Assembly (NCBI GenBank): GCA_000004985.1
Contig: GG738890.1
Origin: Naegleria gruberi
Lineage: Eukaryota
Length of the DNA stretch: 64,000 bases
Reading direction: 5' to 3' (one strand)
Below, one piece after another: positions 63,715-64,000 of this stretch. The translations under genes and the position numbers were made by a program. The notes below the pieces were generated by a model that ran no database searches, was not told where the DNA came from, and saw nothing but the letters and a program-made list of their open reading frames with translations. The number at the start of each line of letters is the position of its first letter. Position 1 is the stretch's first letter.

Positions 63715-64000
63715 TTTTTATGATGAAAAAATAGAAAATTGAGCGCCAACTTTTAAAAAAGGCGGGAAGGATATCACATACAAAGCAAAGGTGGCAAATT
63801 GAGTGTTGTGATCACTTTGAGTGAATAGCTTAACTTGTTGTATAATCATCATTTAATTGTTTCAATATTATGATAAATTCCTTAGTAGGTTTAAGACTAC
63901 AGCAATTATCTATGAATTGTACATTCGAAAAAGTTATCTCTTTGAAAAAAAGCAAAGAGACTCTTGATCTGTATTAAAATTGGCGGAGAAACATAAAAAA

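Noticed and set aside
1-64000. CRISPR arrays, prokaryotic operons/defence systems, rRNA genes
   Set aside because: The sequence is eukaryotic nuclear DNA, as shown by spliceosomal introns, nuclear tRNAs and eukaryote-specific proteins. No direct-repeat/spacer arrays or rDNA-like segments are present.

Overview
This 64 kb window is nuclear DNA from a eukaryote, most likely a dictyostelid social amoeba (Dictyostelium-like). Three observations support that reading: AT-rich coding with poly-Asn/Gln/Ser/Thr low-complexity tracts, AAAAATG start contexts, short AT-rich GT..AG introns of 42-270 nt, and nuclear tRNA genes. Intergenic DNA is about 30% GC, which argues against D. discoideum itself and for a related species. 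It is not prokaryotic, so CRISPR arrays, operons and defence islands do not apply.

Gene density is high: about 40 protein-coding genes on both strands and three tRNA genes (Pro-UGG, initiator Met, Lys-UUU). Most genes have zero to two short introns. I reconstructed the splice sites by hand from the sequence. Protein identities come from conserved motifs that I recognised; no database search was possible.

Confident calls:
- LETM1-like protein, interrupted by an assembly gap
- BBE-like FAD oxidase
- MAPEG / microsomal GST
- MYG1
- THOC5
- LSM12
- SNU13 / 15.5K
- TRIP4 / ASC-1
- alpha/beta hydrolase with HGGG and GDSAG motifs
- zeta-crystallin-type quinone oxidoreductase
- EngB GTPase
- TBC1D22-like RabGAP
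- NELF-C/D
- EEP / TDP2-like nuclease
- M3 metallopeptidase (mitochondrial intermediate peptidase, MIP-like)
- retinoblastoma-like pocket protein

Regions worth a second look:
1. A roughly 7.8 kb block (about 9.5-17.4 kb) with atypical composition and codon usage. It holds a 3.3 kb ORF-free stretch and three back-to-back minus-strand ORFs in overlapping frames, one carrying a Gal4-type Zn2Cys6 cluster. This is a candidate degraded mobile or horizontally acquired element.
2. A putative F-box + Rho-family GTPase fusion gene, which depends on a 49 nt intron model.
3. A divergent ubiquitin-like/S27a zinc-ribbon fusion paralog.
4. A small GTPase-like gene that lacks switch II.
5. A protein with degenerate cyclase-homology domains.

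All coordinates are 1-based. Exon boundaries are hand-derived and should be treated as +/- a few nt.
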